From positions 3,906,001 through 3,970,000 of the forward strand of contig CM022673.1 in NCBI GenBank assembly GCA_012295275.1: a DNA stretch of 64,000 bases. The letters are read 5' to 3'. Source of the stretch: Chrysomallon squamiferum (taxonomy: Eukaryota; Animalia; Mollusca). The notes under the pieces were generated by a model. That model ran no database searches. It saw only the letters and a list, made by a program, of their open reading frames with translations, and was not told the origin of the DNA. The translations under genes and the position numbers were made by a program. Positions 28,001-42,389 of this stretch are shown here, piece by piece (position 1 is the first letter of the stretch; each line of letters opens with the position of its first letter).

Positions 28001-30548
28001 AAGGATTTAAAGAAAGATGGAACATTTATTTTGTCCATTTTGTAACCTTTATTTAAGGATTGAAATGAATTGCTATCTCTCTGTAAAACAGAGTATGCTA
28101 AATGAAGATGGTAAATGTTGTAAACATTTGTTTAAGGACTCAAATGAACTGATGTCTCTTTGTAAATCAAAGCGTGTAAAACAAAGACGGTACAAAAATA
28201 ATTTATGATATCATGAATAAGAATTTGTGAATCTGAAATTCTGTACAAGGTTAAATGATTATTTGACTGCTGAATAAAAATCCATTTCTGAAATGACTCG
28301 GATATTAAGGCTTTCTTAAGACACGAAAATATTCTTTACATTGAGGCTTACTATATGAAATAAAAAAAATTATCTACATTCATTTGCAAAGGAGAAAAAA
28401 AAAATCAGAAAAAAAAAATAAGACTATTAAATTAATAATATATTGCAAAAGTTTAAGAAATAGAATTACAGTCTATTTATGTTATTAATATTAATTAATC
28501 TGAGATCCAGATTATAACATATAAAATATAAAGAAAATTTTGACCCCCCCAAAACAAAACCAATTAGCAATACTAGATAAAATTTAATTAGTGTTATACA
28601 TACTATAGCTAATATAAATAAATATGACTTATATAGATACATCTATTGTAATTAATGTATTTGTCAAGACATAAATAAATAAATAATACAAAATTAAATT
28701 AGAGAATAAATTAAAATTACTGTGAAAGGTAATGAATTTTATTTACATAATTTAATAAGATAGAAAAATATGCCATTGAGTGATTAAAGTAAGCTTATAA
28801 TGGATATGATCTCTGCTGAAGTTAGTTGCTAATGTTCTTCAAACAAAATAAACAATTAAAGAAAAAAACATTTATAAAAAGGATTTCTATTACATAATAA
28901 AGTATATCACTTGTATGCAATGAACGTTTTTCAGTATGTACTAATTTAATAATTAACATAATATTTAATTAGCCTAACTAAATGGTTTCTGATGTAAAAT
29001 AATACATTAATAAATAATTAAGATTTTTGCAATAAAATAAAGAATTTAATGTGAAACAAAAACTAATGAACAGATACAGTTCCTAAATTCTGCTGGTTTT
29101 CTAAGAAGTCATATAATTAAAAATAGTAAATAATGTTGGAGAATGAGCTAATTTAACTATTAAATAAGTATGTTAGAAAGTATTGTGGTGCTGGCATAAC
29201 AGATAAAATCAAAACAAACAAAAAACTTCTTCAAGATTACAAAAATAAAAGTATCAAGATAAAGAAATTTACAAAATAAAACAGAAATAAACAATTTGCT
29301 AACATGAACTTAACTTTAACAAAAATCAAAAAAACAAAATTTAAAATTATCTTACATATTATGAAATATAAAAATATGTTTTTAAAAAATATAAAGAAAT
29401 TAAACATAAAAGAAAGTTAAAAAACAAAAAACGAAACAAGCTTTATACATTTTGGCACATCATGTTTAAGTAAAAATATACAAAAGCACAAAGTTATAAT
29501 GTTTGTTAAAATAAAATAAAAAAATAAAAAAAATGAAAACCAACAACAACGTTGCTGTAGTTGACACAGGGTTCAAATCTGGCAATATACCTAACATCAT
29601 CTTTCCAATCCAGAACACTTTCAAATCCTCATTCTCACTGATTTTTCATGTCTTGGTAAAACTTTGCACTGTATATAAGTAGCAGAACATTTCTGCATCT
29701 TTAAAGATGCAGGTGTAGTGCTCCACTGTAAACACAAACAGCCACCAGGCTGTCCCTCCTAACTCCCTCCACTGTAATCAGCATCCAACATGATCCACAC
29801 ATGACCTTGATGATCCCCAGTGGTATTGTGACAAAGTCTTTACAGGTGCTTCATTAATACACAAACTTGAGTTACTGACAGGTTGGAATTTCCACTTAGA
29901 AGTTGACCTAATGAAAAGTACTTGGTGAAATGTAGTATAACAAATTCAAGCATTTTATAGTTTTTGTGTTGTGTTATTAATTTGTTTGGTTTTTTGTTTC
30001 TATTTTTGTGATTGGTTTTTTGTTGTTGTTTTTTTCTTTGGTTTTTATTTTATTTTTTTATTTTGTTTCTTGATGTAGTTGTTGTTTTTTTGGTTCTTTA
30101 TTATTTTATTATATTTTTATTTATTCCTGTTTTCTTTTCTTTATTTTCGAACAATCATCATTTAAATTTTGAGGGTTTTTTTGTAACAAATACATTAGAT
30201 ACAAATTCTGTGTTAGCCATTATTGGTATAGTTTATAAATCAGTGGCTGTTACATTTGTCCTAGCAGATAATTTCTTGTTCTTATAATAACTGCAGCATC
30301 ACTTTATCATTCAATATCACATTCAAAATGTTCACATCACAGACAAAATGATTTTATTTAGTGTTGTTAATAATTATTTTAATTTTCAGATGTAACTAAA
30401 ATTGGGTTTATTATCATTAAAAAAACAAATTTAAAATAAAAAAAAAGTATATGTCTATGGGCATATGTATAACACTGATTTTAAAACATTCTTCTATCAC
30501 CTTGGTGTCATGGAGTAAAATTAAAAAAAAAAAAAAAATATATACTTT

Positions 30549-30805
30549 TTATCCCTTCAGACTTTTCCAGGATCCAATCTGAGATTTAAAGCTTGAATCA
30601 CCAGTAACTTTGATTAAACCAGTAACCTTCCTGGTAGAGGTGCCAGCTCTAGACTGTGGTAACTTTTCTGTGTTTTCAAGTACAATGTCAGGTACTGGCA
30701 CCTTCTCCTTCTCCTTCCTTCCGTAACTGGGTGCAGACTTGGCTCGGTCGAACAGCTGTGTCTTCTCATGGGTTCCTCCCTGTGAGGTTACTGGCCGATG
30801 ATGAC
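30549..30805 (-). CDS. ANKAR: ANKAR terminal coding exon 19 (HHRPVTSQGG...WKSLKG*)
   Basis: ttctctctcttaaaag| acceptor, open to TAA at 30551-30549. The low-complexity tail is not recognisable by homology. Confidence 0.75.
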
Positions 30806-33725
30806 CTTTTAAGAGAGAGAAAAGAACATGAGCAGGAGCACATGCACAAGTCAGTGGCTTGGTAGATTTAAAGATAACTGCATAAGACATTGGGTCGGTA
30901 GACTTAAAAACAGATAGTAGTTAAGTAGGTGTGTGGATAGATTCGAAAATATATAACCAGACTGAAAGTCAGAAAGACAGACAGCCAGAGAGACTGATGG
31001 ATGGATGGACAGTTGGATGAACGGATGGATAGACAGATCATGACATACAGACAGAAGAAGAGACAGACAGACAGACGTGTGGGTAGATTCACTGATAAAT
31101 ATACATGTATCTAAGACAGAAAGATAGACACAAGTTCTTAGGTAGGTAGGTATATTCAAAGACTGAAAACTGTATGTTTAAAGGTAGATTTCAAGATAGG
31201 GAATACATAGATAGGTGGGTTGGTAGATTCAAAGATATACGAATGCAAGTAAACAGACAGGTAGGTAAACATACAAAATGCAAAGAACAAAATAAATTTT
31301 AAAGCATAATTTGTTTTGTTTGCTTGTTACAGCTGCTACATATAAAAAAAGTTAATATGCAAGATGATGTATGTTTTTTTTGTTTTTGTTTTTTCTGTTC
31401 TTGCCTTCTATTATGTCTATACCTGGAAGTGAAACTGGGTAGCCACCATTTACTTCCAAACTGTTTAAAAAAAATTAAAAAAAGATATCATAAATATTTC
31501 TGATGATAAAACAGAAACAATTCAAACAAATTAAGAAAATAAGAATCAGTGGATTCCTGTAATCTACATAAATGCAATTAATATTTAGTTTATGATATAA
31601 TCACTTTTCTGTAACAAACACAATTTAAATGTAACATTAATTAAAATAAACAATGCAATTATGACATTTTTAATTTTACAGGAAACTGAAAAGTAAATAA
31701 GTAAAGAAAGAAATAATAAATATTAAAATATATATATATATATGTATTCATAATAGAATTATCTTCCTTTCACATATCTGTTCTTACCAACGACTTGTTT
31801 GCAATTCATTAAAGATAATTCATCCAATGACTGAATTATCCCCCTTTTCATTCTACTTTTGAACACTGCATTAAAACTTCTTTTTACCAGCAACCATTAT
31901 AAAGTCATCCACTAACAGAATTATTCCCCTTTGATACGACTCTTCAGTGTATGACTATTGCTTTCACTGCTCACCATTAATCAACTAGTTACCTATCCCC
32001 ACTCTCAGCTTATTGTGAAATACGCCACTCACCACTGACTAGGTAACCCGATTATTTTGGCTCGTCGGAAATCTGCAACAAAGTCTTTGCTGATCTTAGG
32101 ATTGGGTCCGATATTTGCCATCAGCTGCTTGTACAGGCCGGGCATGTTGCGGCAGTCCGAGAACAAAATCCTGGCGGCCGTTTTGTTGAAGGTGAGGTAG
32201 CCCAGAGCCACAGCCACCGAGGTGCGCACCAGAACGTTGGGTGAGTTGAGTTTGTCGACGAGGAGGTCTATAGCACCGGAGGTTATCATTGCATCCGGGA
32301 TCCCAGCTCTCGTGTGAGCCAGGCTTGACAACAGGCTGGCTGCAGACACGACTACGTTGTCGTCTGCCGACTTCAGCTTGTTCACCAGCAGAGTGACCCC
32401 TTTGGCGGTCAGCATCACCTGGTCCTGGTCGACAATCACTCGGGCAAGAACAACAATCTGAGTGAAGAAGTTAAAGAGGATTGTTTTTTGTTTTTTTGTT
32501 TAAATAAAATCTTGTAGATGAATTTTGTATATGTGATATAATGTATGATATTTATTATTATTTTTTTGTTGTTTGTTGTTGTTTGTTTGTTTGTTTGTTT
32601 GTTTTATTTTATTTTATAATATTTTATTTTATTTTATTTTATTTTATTTTTTTTATTATTTTTTTTTTTCCCTTTATTTGTCGGCACTTTAAGAAACTAA
32701 GAAATGTGTGGCTGAAATAGCTGTAACTGCAAGTTATTTGTTTGCTTGTTCATTTAAATATTTGTCTTTGTTTGTTTGTTTGTTTACAAAATAATTGCAG
32801 ATTCAGTAGAAAGAATTTGAGATAGTGTTAATACTGAAAAGGTGATTTTAAATTAAATTTATTTTCTCTGTATTTAAATCAATGAAGACAGGCTATAAAC
32901 AATGCAGAAAAAAATATATTCACTAAAATTTAATATATAAATATAAAGCTAAACAAACATACATATTAATACACATTTTGCTTTGTGCAAAATTTTAAAA
33001 AATCAATTTTCAAAGCTTTTTTAATTTGAGATGCTCAATTACCAATGTGAAATAATATTATTATTATTACTACTATTACTGCTACTATTACTACTACTAC
33101 TACTAATAATAATACTATCATCATTATTACTATTATTATTAATAGTAGTAGTAGTAGTGGTAGTAGTAGTAGTAGTAGTATTTAAACTAAACCTGGAATG
33201 CTGCTGAACACTGGTAAAATTCATCGTCTTTGTTTAGAAACGGCTCAAAGACAGAAAAGCTGATTCCACCGGCTTCACGGATGGCAAACTGCTGTGGGGT
33301 GTTGTTAAAGGCAAAGGCTGTCAGCGCCATTCCCGCCCTGATTCGAATCTCCTGTCAACAGCACAAACAATACTGTCTGAAAACTGTGTAATGTGTCAGT
33401 GTGTCTGTGTGTTTGTATGTATGTTGTGTATATGTTTTGTGTATGTTGTATGTATGTCTGCCTTGTGTATGTCTGTGCTGTACTGTGTTAAGTGAGCATG
33501 TGCTTGTGTCTTTGTGTGTCTGTGAGCTTATGTATGCATGTGTATATATTCTGTGTATGTGTCATGTTTTGTGTGTATACGTGTGTATGTGTGGGTGTGG
33601 GTGTGTCATTGTATACATTTGCATATATGATGTACTTTGTATGTATGTGTACTGGTTTTAGTCTGAATATATATTTATCTCTGTCTGCGTTCAGAGTGAA
33701 TGAAAGCATGCACAGAGAGAGAAAG

Positions 33726-33792
<67 letters not shown>

Positions 33793-34787
33793 TATACAGA
33801 TTAAATAATATCAAACAGCTTATCGTCAAAACGTAACTAACTGTATACAACTATTATATAATTAAAACATATCACAGAAAGAAATTTAGAAACTATTAAA
33901 CACAATTTTTACTTACTTCGCTCCTGGATTTGAGCAGGTCCAGCAGAATGTCGAAGTTAAAACCTTGTTCTTCGTGTAACTTCTCCTGGTTCTCTGGGTT
34001 ACTAAGGACAACGTTGGCCAGTGTCATCGCAACCTCCACCTGGATTTCTTCAGACGGTGGACACAGTAAGAGCTGTACGAGGATGGGGATAGCACCTTCC
34101 TCAGCAATCTTCTTCTGTGTCAGTTTGTTATTCACGTTAGCCACTCCTGCACAGCATTCAGAAATTTTTGGTTTTAAAAGTTTTAAAATAATTGAAAAGT
34201 TACATTCCTATTATTCAATCAAATACACACAAACACACAATCTCATGCACCTGAACACACACAGATGGACATAATACTCTGAAAAACACACACAAACACC
34301 CTTTAAATTGGTTTTCAGTTAATTTTTCATTATTTTATTTATTTATCTATTTATTTATTTATTGTTGCTCTTTTTGTTGTTATTGTCAACATCATCATCA
34401 TCCTTAAAATCATCACCATTACTTTAAAATTAACTAAACCATACAGCTACATCAGAAAATAAAATAAAAAGCTACATCTTTTTCCTCTGATTTCTAATTA
34501 TTTTTAAATCTTGATATAATACTAAAAATGTCCTACTCACCCACACAGAGTGTTCCCAGCACTTTGATGACCATCAGCAGCACTTTGTCAGACGTCTTGC
34601 TTGACCTCAGCAGACGCACAAGCTGCTGGAAGGCGTCTGCTTTGGCCAAGTTGTTCTGGTTCTCGATGTTCTCGCGGCCTAGTGCAATGGCCAACATACA
34701 TCCTGAAATGTTAGAATACAATATGTATTTGTAATGATAAGGTAAGGTAATGATAAAAATATTATAATATACATAGTATATTTTAAT

Positions 34788-34881
<94 letters not shown>

Positions 34882-36200
34882 ATTAATTAAATTAATTAAT
34901 CAAACTCAAACAGAATTAAAATACTACTAATAATAAAAATATAAAAAAATAAAGAAATAAAAATAATATATAACAAAAAATAAAAAGCAACATTAACAAA
35001 AATATGAAAATTAAACTTGAATAAAAATAAATAAATAAATAAAAATATAAATAAGAAATAAATAACCAAAATAACAATTAATAATAACAAGAGTAATAAT
35101 AATAATAATAAAAAACCCACAATATAAAAAAAAAATAATAATAAAAAAAAAGAGTATAAAATTCAAACAGTTCCTAACCAACATAGAGTAGTTTTTCTGT
35201 GGGCTCGAGTAACATCTGAAAAATGTACTGTATTCCGACTCTCTCTGCTATGTTTGTTTGTTGGGTCTTCGTGTTGCCAGCCAGGGCCCATATGGCACAA
35301 GCACCTTGTTCTCGAACTTCCACATTGATGTTCTGAAATTATTTAATAAAAAAATAGTTGCAGCAGTAGTAGTGAATGATTTAGTGGCAGCAGTAGTAAT
35401 AATACTGATAGTAATGTTAGTGGTAGATGTAGCTGACATATTAATGAGAACATTAGTGAAAATGGTAGTGGTAGTGGTGTAAGTAATAACAGTAGTAGCT
35501 GTAGTAAAGTTTTAAAGTAAATTACTCAGTGAACATTTTCTTGCTTTTGAGTAACTGAGCAGAATGAGGAAAGCTTTAAAGGCAAATAGCTCAAAGAACA
35601 TTTTCTCACTTCTGAGTAACTAAATAATATGAGCAAATGTTTAAAGGCAAATAACTCAAAGAACATTTTCTCACTTCTGAGTAACTAAATAATATGAGCA
35701 AATGTTTAAAGGCAAATAAATCAAATAACTAACATGAGTTAATCTTTAAAGTGAAAAGGTCCATTTTTCTTATTTTTGAATAACTGAGTCATATGAGTAA
35801 AGCTTTAAAGACAAATAACTCAATAAACATTCTCTTACTTTCAGTAACTGAATAGTGTGAATAAAGATTTAAATGTAAATAACTTAAGTAACATTTTATC
35901 ACTTTCAGTAATGTGAGTTAAGCTTCAAAGGCAAGTAACTCAAGGAAAATGTTCTTACCTTGAGTAGTCTGAGCAGAGCCTTATGAGCATCTAGTTGATG
36001 GAAAACTTTCTGACTTTCTGGGTTGTTTTCTGCCAAGGCTTCCAGAGCACTAGCAGCTTTCACCTGCACTGTCACGTTCCTGCTGCTTTTTATCAGCTCC
36101 ACCAGAGGCCTGCAAGTGATTCAGAATTTATTACCTTTTAGACTATTTAATTAAAATTAATTTGTGTTTTATTAGGGTTATCATTAATTTGATGATGATG

Positions 36201-36240
<40 letters not shown>

Positions 36241-39200
36241 GTAGTAGTAGTAGTAGTAGTAGTACTATTTCTATTATTATTATTTATTTGATTTTATTAT
36301 TAATTATTATTAATTTTATTTTAATATAACTTATTATTATTATTATTTATTTGATTTTTATTATTATTATTATTAATCTGATTATTGTTGTTGTTACTCT
36401 TTTTTGTTGTGGTTATTATTATTATTATTATTTTTTTTTTTATGTTAATTAATATTATTATTATTATTAAGTGACAGATATTACTTTGCTGAATCTTCAG
36501 CTATTATTGCATCCTGGTTTTCCTTGTTTCTTGCAGAGATGGCTGCCAGTGCTGCTGCTGTTGCAGCCTGCAGAATATCTGAAACAAGTAAAATAAACAG
36601 ACATTTATTTTAACATCAGTAATAATTAATAAATTAATTTTTAGAACATTAATCACATATTTTAAATAAAACATTTATAAAATGACTGGAATGAGATCAC
36701 ACAAATTAATTAAATATTAAATTTAAATACAAGTTTCCTAATACCTATTAGTTAATATCTTATTGTGCTAAGATATCTAGATATGTTCATAATTTTTGTT
36801 TATAAGATACTCAAAATTTTACTGATTCATATGCTTCCACTAGTCTTTTGGAAAGGAATTAGTATAAGATATTAAAATATAAATAATAATAATCAAATTA
36901 CTACTACTACTTCTACTACTAATACTACTAGTACTACTACTACCACTATCACTAATAATAAAAAACAAATTATTAATAATAATTAATTAATTTATCTGTA
37001 AGGTAAGAAATTAAACAAACTGGCACAGGAAATAAAATGACACTGTCAGAATTCCTAAACAGTAAAACCAATGACATTAAGATCCTGCTTTTCCTAAGAA
37101 ATGATTCAAACATTATAACCTGGTGTTGTTTCACGTGATATATTCCAAACTAGACAAGAGCGACTAACCTGAGTTAACTGTCAGAAACTCCACGAGCGGC
37201 ACAATCCCTCCACACTCAGCCACCACCTCCTGGTTCCGCCTGTTCCCGATGCACAGCACTCTGATGGCATTCACCGAGTTGACCAGCACGTCCTCGAGCT
37301 CGGAGTCGAGCAGGTTGACCAGTGGAGGAATGCCTCCGTGCTCCGTGATCAGCTCCTGATTGCCGTGCACGCAGGCGAAGTCAGAGAGGATGATGGCAGC
37401 CCGGGACTGGATGTCGTCGATGGGGGAGCTGAGGAGCTGGATGAGGATGGGCCCTGCGTTGCACCTGACCAGCGCCACGCGGATGTCGTCATTTTCTGAG
37501 ATGTTGCACAGGACCGATGCCGCGACCGACTGGATCTCCTCGTTGTCCAGACTGAGCAGCTCAACGAGGGCTGCAACTCCATCTGTAAAATACAGCTTCG
37601 ATAAATACCTCTGTCAGATCTAATGTTGCTGAATAATCTGGTAATATGGAAATGTATTGCATTTGCAAGTAAGGTATAGAGTTTTATAAACTATGCTATT
37701 AAATCATTATTTAATTTTGTTAATTACACTAATTAGAGTACTACTGGTAGCTAAAACCAGAGAATATAAGTATATGTTTCACTTATTCTAAATGTACTGA
37801 ATTACCAAAATAAAATCGGTAATAAACTTATTGTGTGTTTACAATAATCTGAACATCAATTTGGCAAGATATCAGGAGCTTGTTTTGCTTTTATACTTTA
37901 TTATTAGCAAAGACTGTTTGTCTTAAATAAAACGGTGCAGTAACTATGCAGTATAAATTTGGATGATACACATAAACTAACAAAGGATTGTTTTAATCAT
38001 ACATTCATATGTCAAAACATTAGAAAGTTTTATAATGAATTGTTACCAGCTTCCAGTATTGCTTTCCAGTGCTCTGGCTCTGCTGAAGACAGAGCTTCGA
38101 GACATTTCACTGCACTGTCCTTCTTGGAGATCTGTTCATCCCTCAGCATTTCTGAAACAATCAGCACAACAACTACAGACTGGTTATACATGACAACCTC
38201 TTTCAACAAAATGATCCGTTTAATTCAGCTTCAGTATCAGAAGATGCAAACATGTAGCTCAGTGGCTAAGCATTATATAAGCAGTGATAGGATCAGTTCT
38301 CATTGATGCATTCATTCACTGGTTTTACTTTTTATTACACACACAGAAACACTTTCTACTCACTGATCAACTAGTTGTGAGACTCTAGCTGGGATGGCAA
38401 GGACATCCATGCCTTGGGATATTTCAATACTGTGGTACTTCTTATTTAATATAATAACATCAGCATAAAAATAATTTTATACTGATACATAAAAAAACAA
38501 CCAAAGAGCACTACCAAATAATAAATCATGAGCAGACAGCTAGTACCTTCAAAGAGGACCTAAAAGGCTGACTGCACTGTATACTCACTGACAAGTATTT
38601 TCCACACAGGAATATCTGGGTTTCCCCAGTCAATGAGGTACTCAAGTATGTTAGTATGAAATCTCAAAGCTGCGAGATTAACCATGTTGTTGCCATCTCC
38701 ATCACACTTCGTAATGTCAGCGCCCAACTCTATGAGACACTTCACTGCAGACAACCCACCAGAGCTAGAGGCCAACAAAATGCAAGTGGACTTTAAACTG
38801 GAAAGAGAAAATGCAGCTATAATATTAAAAAGAAATAAAAGTGGATAAAAATATTTTTTTATATTTTCAAATAAGGAATGATGCCGAAGAAAAAAACAAT
38901 TCTTTTCAAGTGTGTTTTACAATTATCTATCATGAAACACTGTTCTTTGATCTTAATTGGCAAATGCAGATTGACTTTACAATTCACAAAGTTATTTTTT
39001 TTAAACATGACCATTGGAAAACATTACAATCAACTAATCAACAAAAAAAATTATGCAACCAAATGGAAATAATTACATTCATTAATTGACAGATATAATT
39101 ATATGACCAATAGAAATAATTATCTGACAAATGAAAATAATTATCTGACCAATGGAAATCATTATCTGACCAATGGAAATGATTATGGGATTACTTACTC

Positions 39201-39631
39201 ATTTTTAGTGCTCAGTTCCAGAAGGGCATCATTTTTTAGAACCATCAGCCTTACTACTGCTTGGTGGTCAAAGAATGCAGCATGGTGGACTGGTGCCCAG
39301 CCATCCTGGTCAGTAGCCAAAATGTTAGCAAAGTTGGCCAAAAGACAAGCAACAGAATCTAATGCTCCACATCTTGCAGCAACATGGAGAGCTGTTGGAC
39401 CTGGAAAAAAATTCCATAACAAAATGTTTTATTTTTATTTCAAGACCAGAAATAGGAAATAATCAGTCTGAAAATATTTTAATACCGTGAACTTGTTTTA
39501 TATGTATGTGTAGGTGTTTAGTTTTTATTACTGGATTCTTTAGTATAAATAAAATCTGTGTCGGTTAAATCTTATAATTACACTGAATATTAATCTTAAT
39601 GAGAATATTAACAATAATAATAGTAATAACA

Positions 39632-39679
<48 letters not shown>

Positions 39680-41680
39680 ATTTTTATCTTTTTTTTTCTT
39701 TTTTTTTTTCAAAAGTAAATGACTGAAGAGAAAATAAATATTAGTTCTTTGAAAATGCAGTTTAAAACACAATCGATTGTCAATGAAATAATTTAACACA
39801 GAATATTTACAGTTGATGCATTTGTAATATTACAAGAGAGGAAATATGGTCAACTGTGAATATATTTAATAAATTTTACTTTCAAACATTTCTTCAAAAT
39901 AAAGAAATCAGAGTATATATAATATTCTTATTCTTTTTTTTTTTTTAAATAATAAAAAATTAGGTTTTATAGCTATAAATAACTGCCGCATGAGTAAAAA
40001 CTGGCTTGGAAACTGCCTCAGTCAGTTTTGTCATTCAAAAGTCCACATGTTTCTGTTAGTTTAGACTTAGTTTGTTAGCCAACACAAAAAACACTAACAT
40101 TAACTTTATAACTCAAAACACATAAACTCCAAAAACAGAAATTACACAAAAAACCACTGCAATAAAAATCATAATACTTTTTATTACTCCTTTAAATAAT
40201 AAAATGAATATTTTTCCCTTAAATGCCAAAAATATGTATGTGTGTGTGTGTGTGTGTGTGTGTTTTTGTATTCAAATTATGTCAAACAGTTGTTAAAGAA
40301 AATTGTTTCAACTTATTTATTTTTTATATTATTTCATTGCTTTTTTATTTGTTATTTAAAAGCAGTAAAAACAATTTATCCTGTTCAAAGGAAAGTTAAC
40401 ACCTGCAGAACATAAATTTTGTTGTTGTTTTTGTCCAATTTTTCACAATGACTCAAACATATCAGTATAAAGCTGTTCATTAGCTATAAAATAAATTTTA
40501 AAAATAATATAAATAATACAATAATAATAAAAATAATTTGTATTTTTAATGTCATGAAATAAAGTATTAAAAAAAACCCAAATATTAAATTTTTGTTTCA
40601 TAAATCCATTTAATTTTTTTTCTTTAAGCAAATACTTAGAATTTCAATATTGTTGATTACATTTAGATATAATTAATGTTTATTCCTAAAAAAAGCAAAT
40701 AATTAAGATACATTTAGATATAATTAATGTTTATTCCTAAAAAAAGCAAATAATTAAGAAGCTCATATACTGTATATTAAGAATATTATTTTCATAATTT
40801 TTAAAATTTATGTAAGAAAACTTCACTTTCATTTAATTTTTATAAGAAATTTGTCAAAAAAATATATTCAAAAAAACAAGAGTACAGTGACCAAATACAC
40901 CATAATAATTATTATTTTTAAATGTGAAAGCCCAACTAAAAAATAATATATTACATTTCCAAAATAAATATTAACTAAGAATAAAAACATCTCGTTACCT
41001 TCAGACACGTAAATGATACATTTGACTAAATCTATAAAACATTATTATCATTGTATGGCATATATTGGCAGGCATTTTCTGACTAGCATGTTCTAAATAC
41101 AGAGAAGTAATTAACTAGCAGATATTCTGGATCTTTATACAGAAAGGAGGGAAAAAGGAAAAAAGAATTCATTTCTTTTATTATGATGGAAACAGCATGA
41201 AATTTCACAATAATAACAACAAATAAATTAATTAATTTAATCTAAAAGTAAGAATCATTACAAAATGAATTCTAAAAGTTGTTGTTGTTGTTGTTAGTGT
41301 GATTTAAGAACAATAACTATCTAATCAACATCAGTTTTCTGCTTCTCTTTAGCATTACTTTTAGCACAGTTTGTTTAATTTATTAAATACAAATAATTGT
41401 GTTGGAAATAAACAAAAATAAAGACAATATATAGAAATCTGTTTAAAAACAACTAGACTGTTTATGTTTTTTCATAATATTATAACAGAAATAAGGTAAA
41501 AGTGAAATTAAAAAAATCCTTTTTAAAATAAACATTCAGTAATAAATCTTACAATGACACCAACTTCTGATTAATGGTTATAAAATCTAAAATCTGTTTT
41601 TTCCTACATATTTTATTTATTTTTTACTATTTTATTATTATATGTTTTTTTTTTTTTTTTTTTTTTTTAATGCTTTTTAA

Positions 41681-41714
<34 letters not shown>

Positions 41715-42068
41715 TTCACTTATTGTTTAAACTGAGTACATAAAATTGTGAAATTTGCACGCAGTTACTGGGTGTTCTTTAAAAGCAGTTATATATGAAA
41801 AAGCAAGGTTTATTCAACCTATATTATTTACAAGTAATTACAACCAAGCTATACGTGTTGGAAGCAAAAGCAGTGAAAGGTAATAACATCTGGAATAAAA
41901 CTAAATAACTTATCTCTATACTGAAAATGTCCCCGTTTAAAATTTTTAAAATAATAATAACATTTACACAGTACAAATTATTTATTATTGATCTTATTGT
42001 TGTGATGTCTTCAGTGATTGAAGTGCAGCTCTTTTCAACTTGCACACATTTACTTAGACACACACACA

Positions 42069-42167
<99 letters not shown>

Positions 42168-42354
42168 ACACTAACAGACAGGTGTAAAAATTAAATAAAA
42201 TGCACAAACAGTAACAAAAAAACAATGTGATAAACTCGAAATCAACTTAAATCACATTAAATTAAGTGCATATTTCTGTGGCTTTATTATAAAGCTTGAG
42301 ATTAGTAATATTATTATTATTATCCTCATCAACAGAAGTAGTAGAAGCGGTGTT

Positions 42355-42389
<35 letters not shown>

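Noticed and set aside
30806-30902. Upstream extension of the last ANKAR exon (ORF from 30890, or acceptor at 30903)
   Set aside because: The 30903 acceptor gives a stop after ~11 codons in the required phase. The acceptor at 30806 has a better pyrimidine tract and an open frame.
35510-35975. Regularly spaced 65-bp repeats as a possible CRISPR array
   Set aside because: The whole unit is repeated with no unique spacers, it sits in a eukaryotic intron, and there are no cas genes.
37349-37623. Overlapping alternative-frame and antisense ORFs on ANKAR exons (also 33930, 34528, 39103, 43698, 50222)
   Set aside because: They are shadow ORFs of real coding exons.
38250-38330. tRNA gene
   Set aside because: Only an A-box-like start is present, with no T-arm consensus or acceptor stem. 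It is better explained as a SINE head.
40340-40402. Acceptor-like ttctgcag| in ANKAR intron 6
   Set aside because: There is no usable donor before an in-frame stop.
41853-41889. Third microexon candidate in ANKAR intron 6 (ttccag|ATGTTATTACC...)
   Set aside because: There is no phase-compatible donor, and it runs into a stop.
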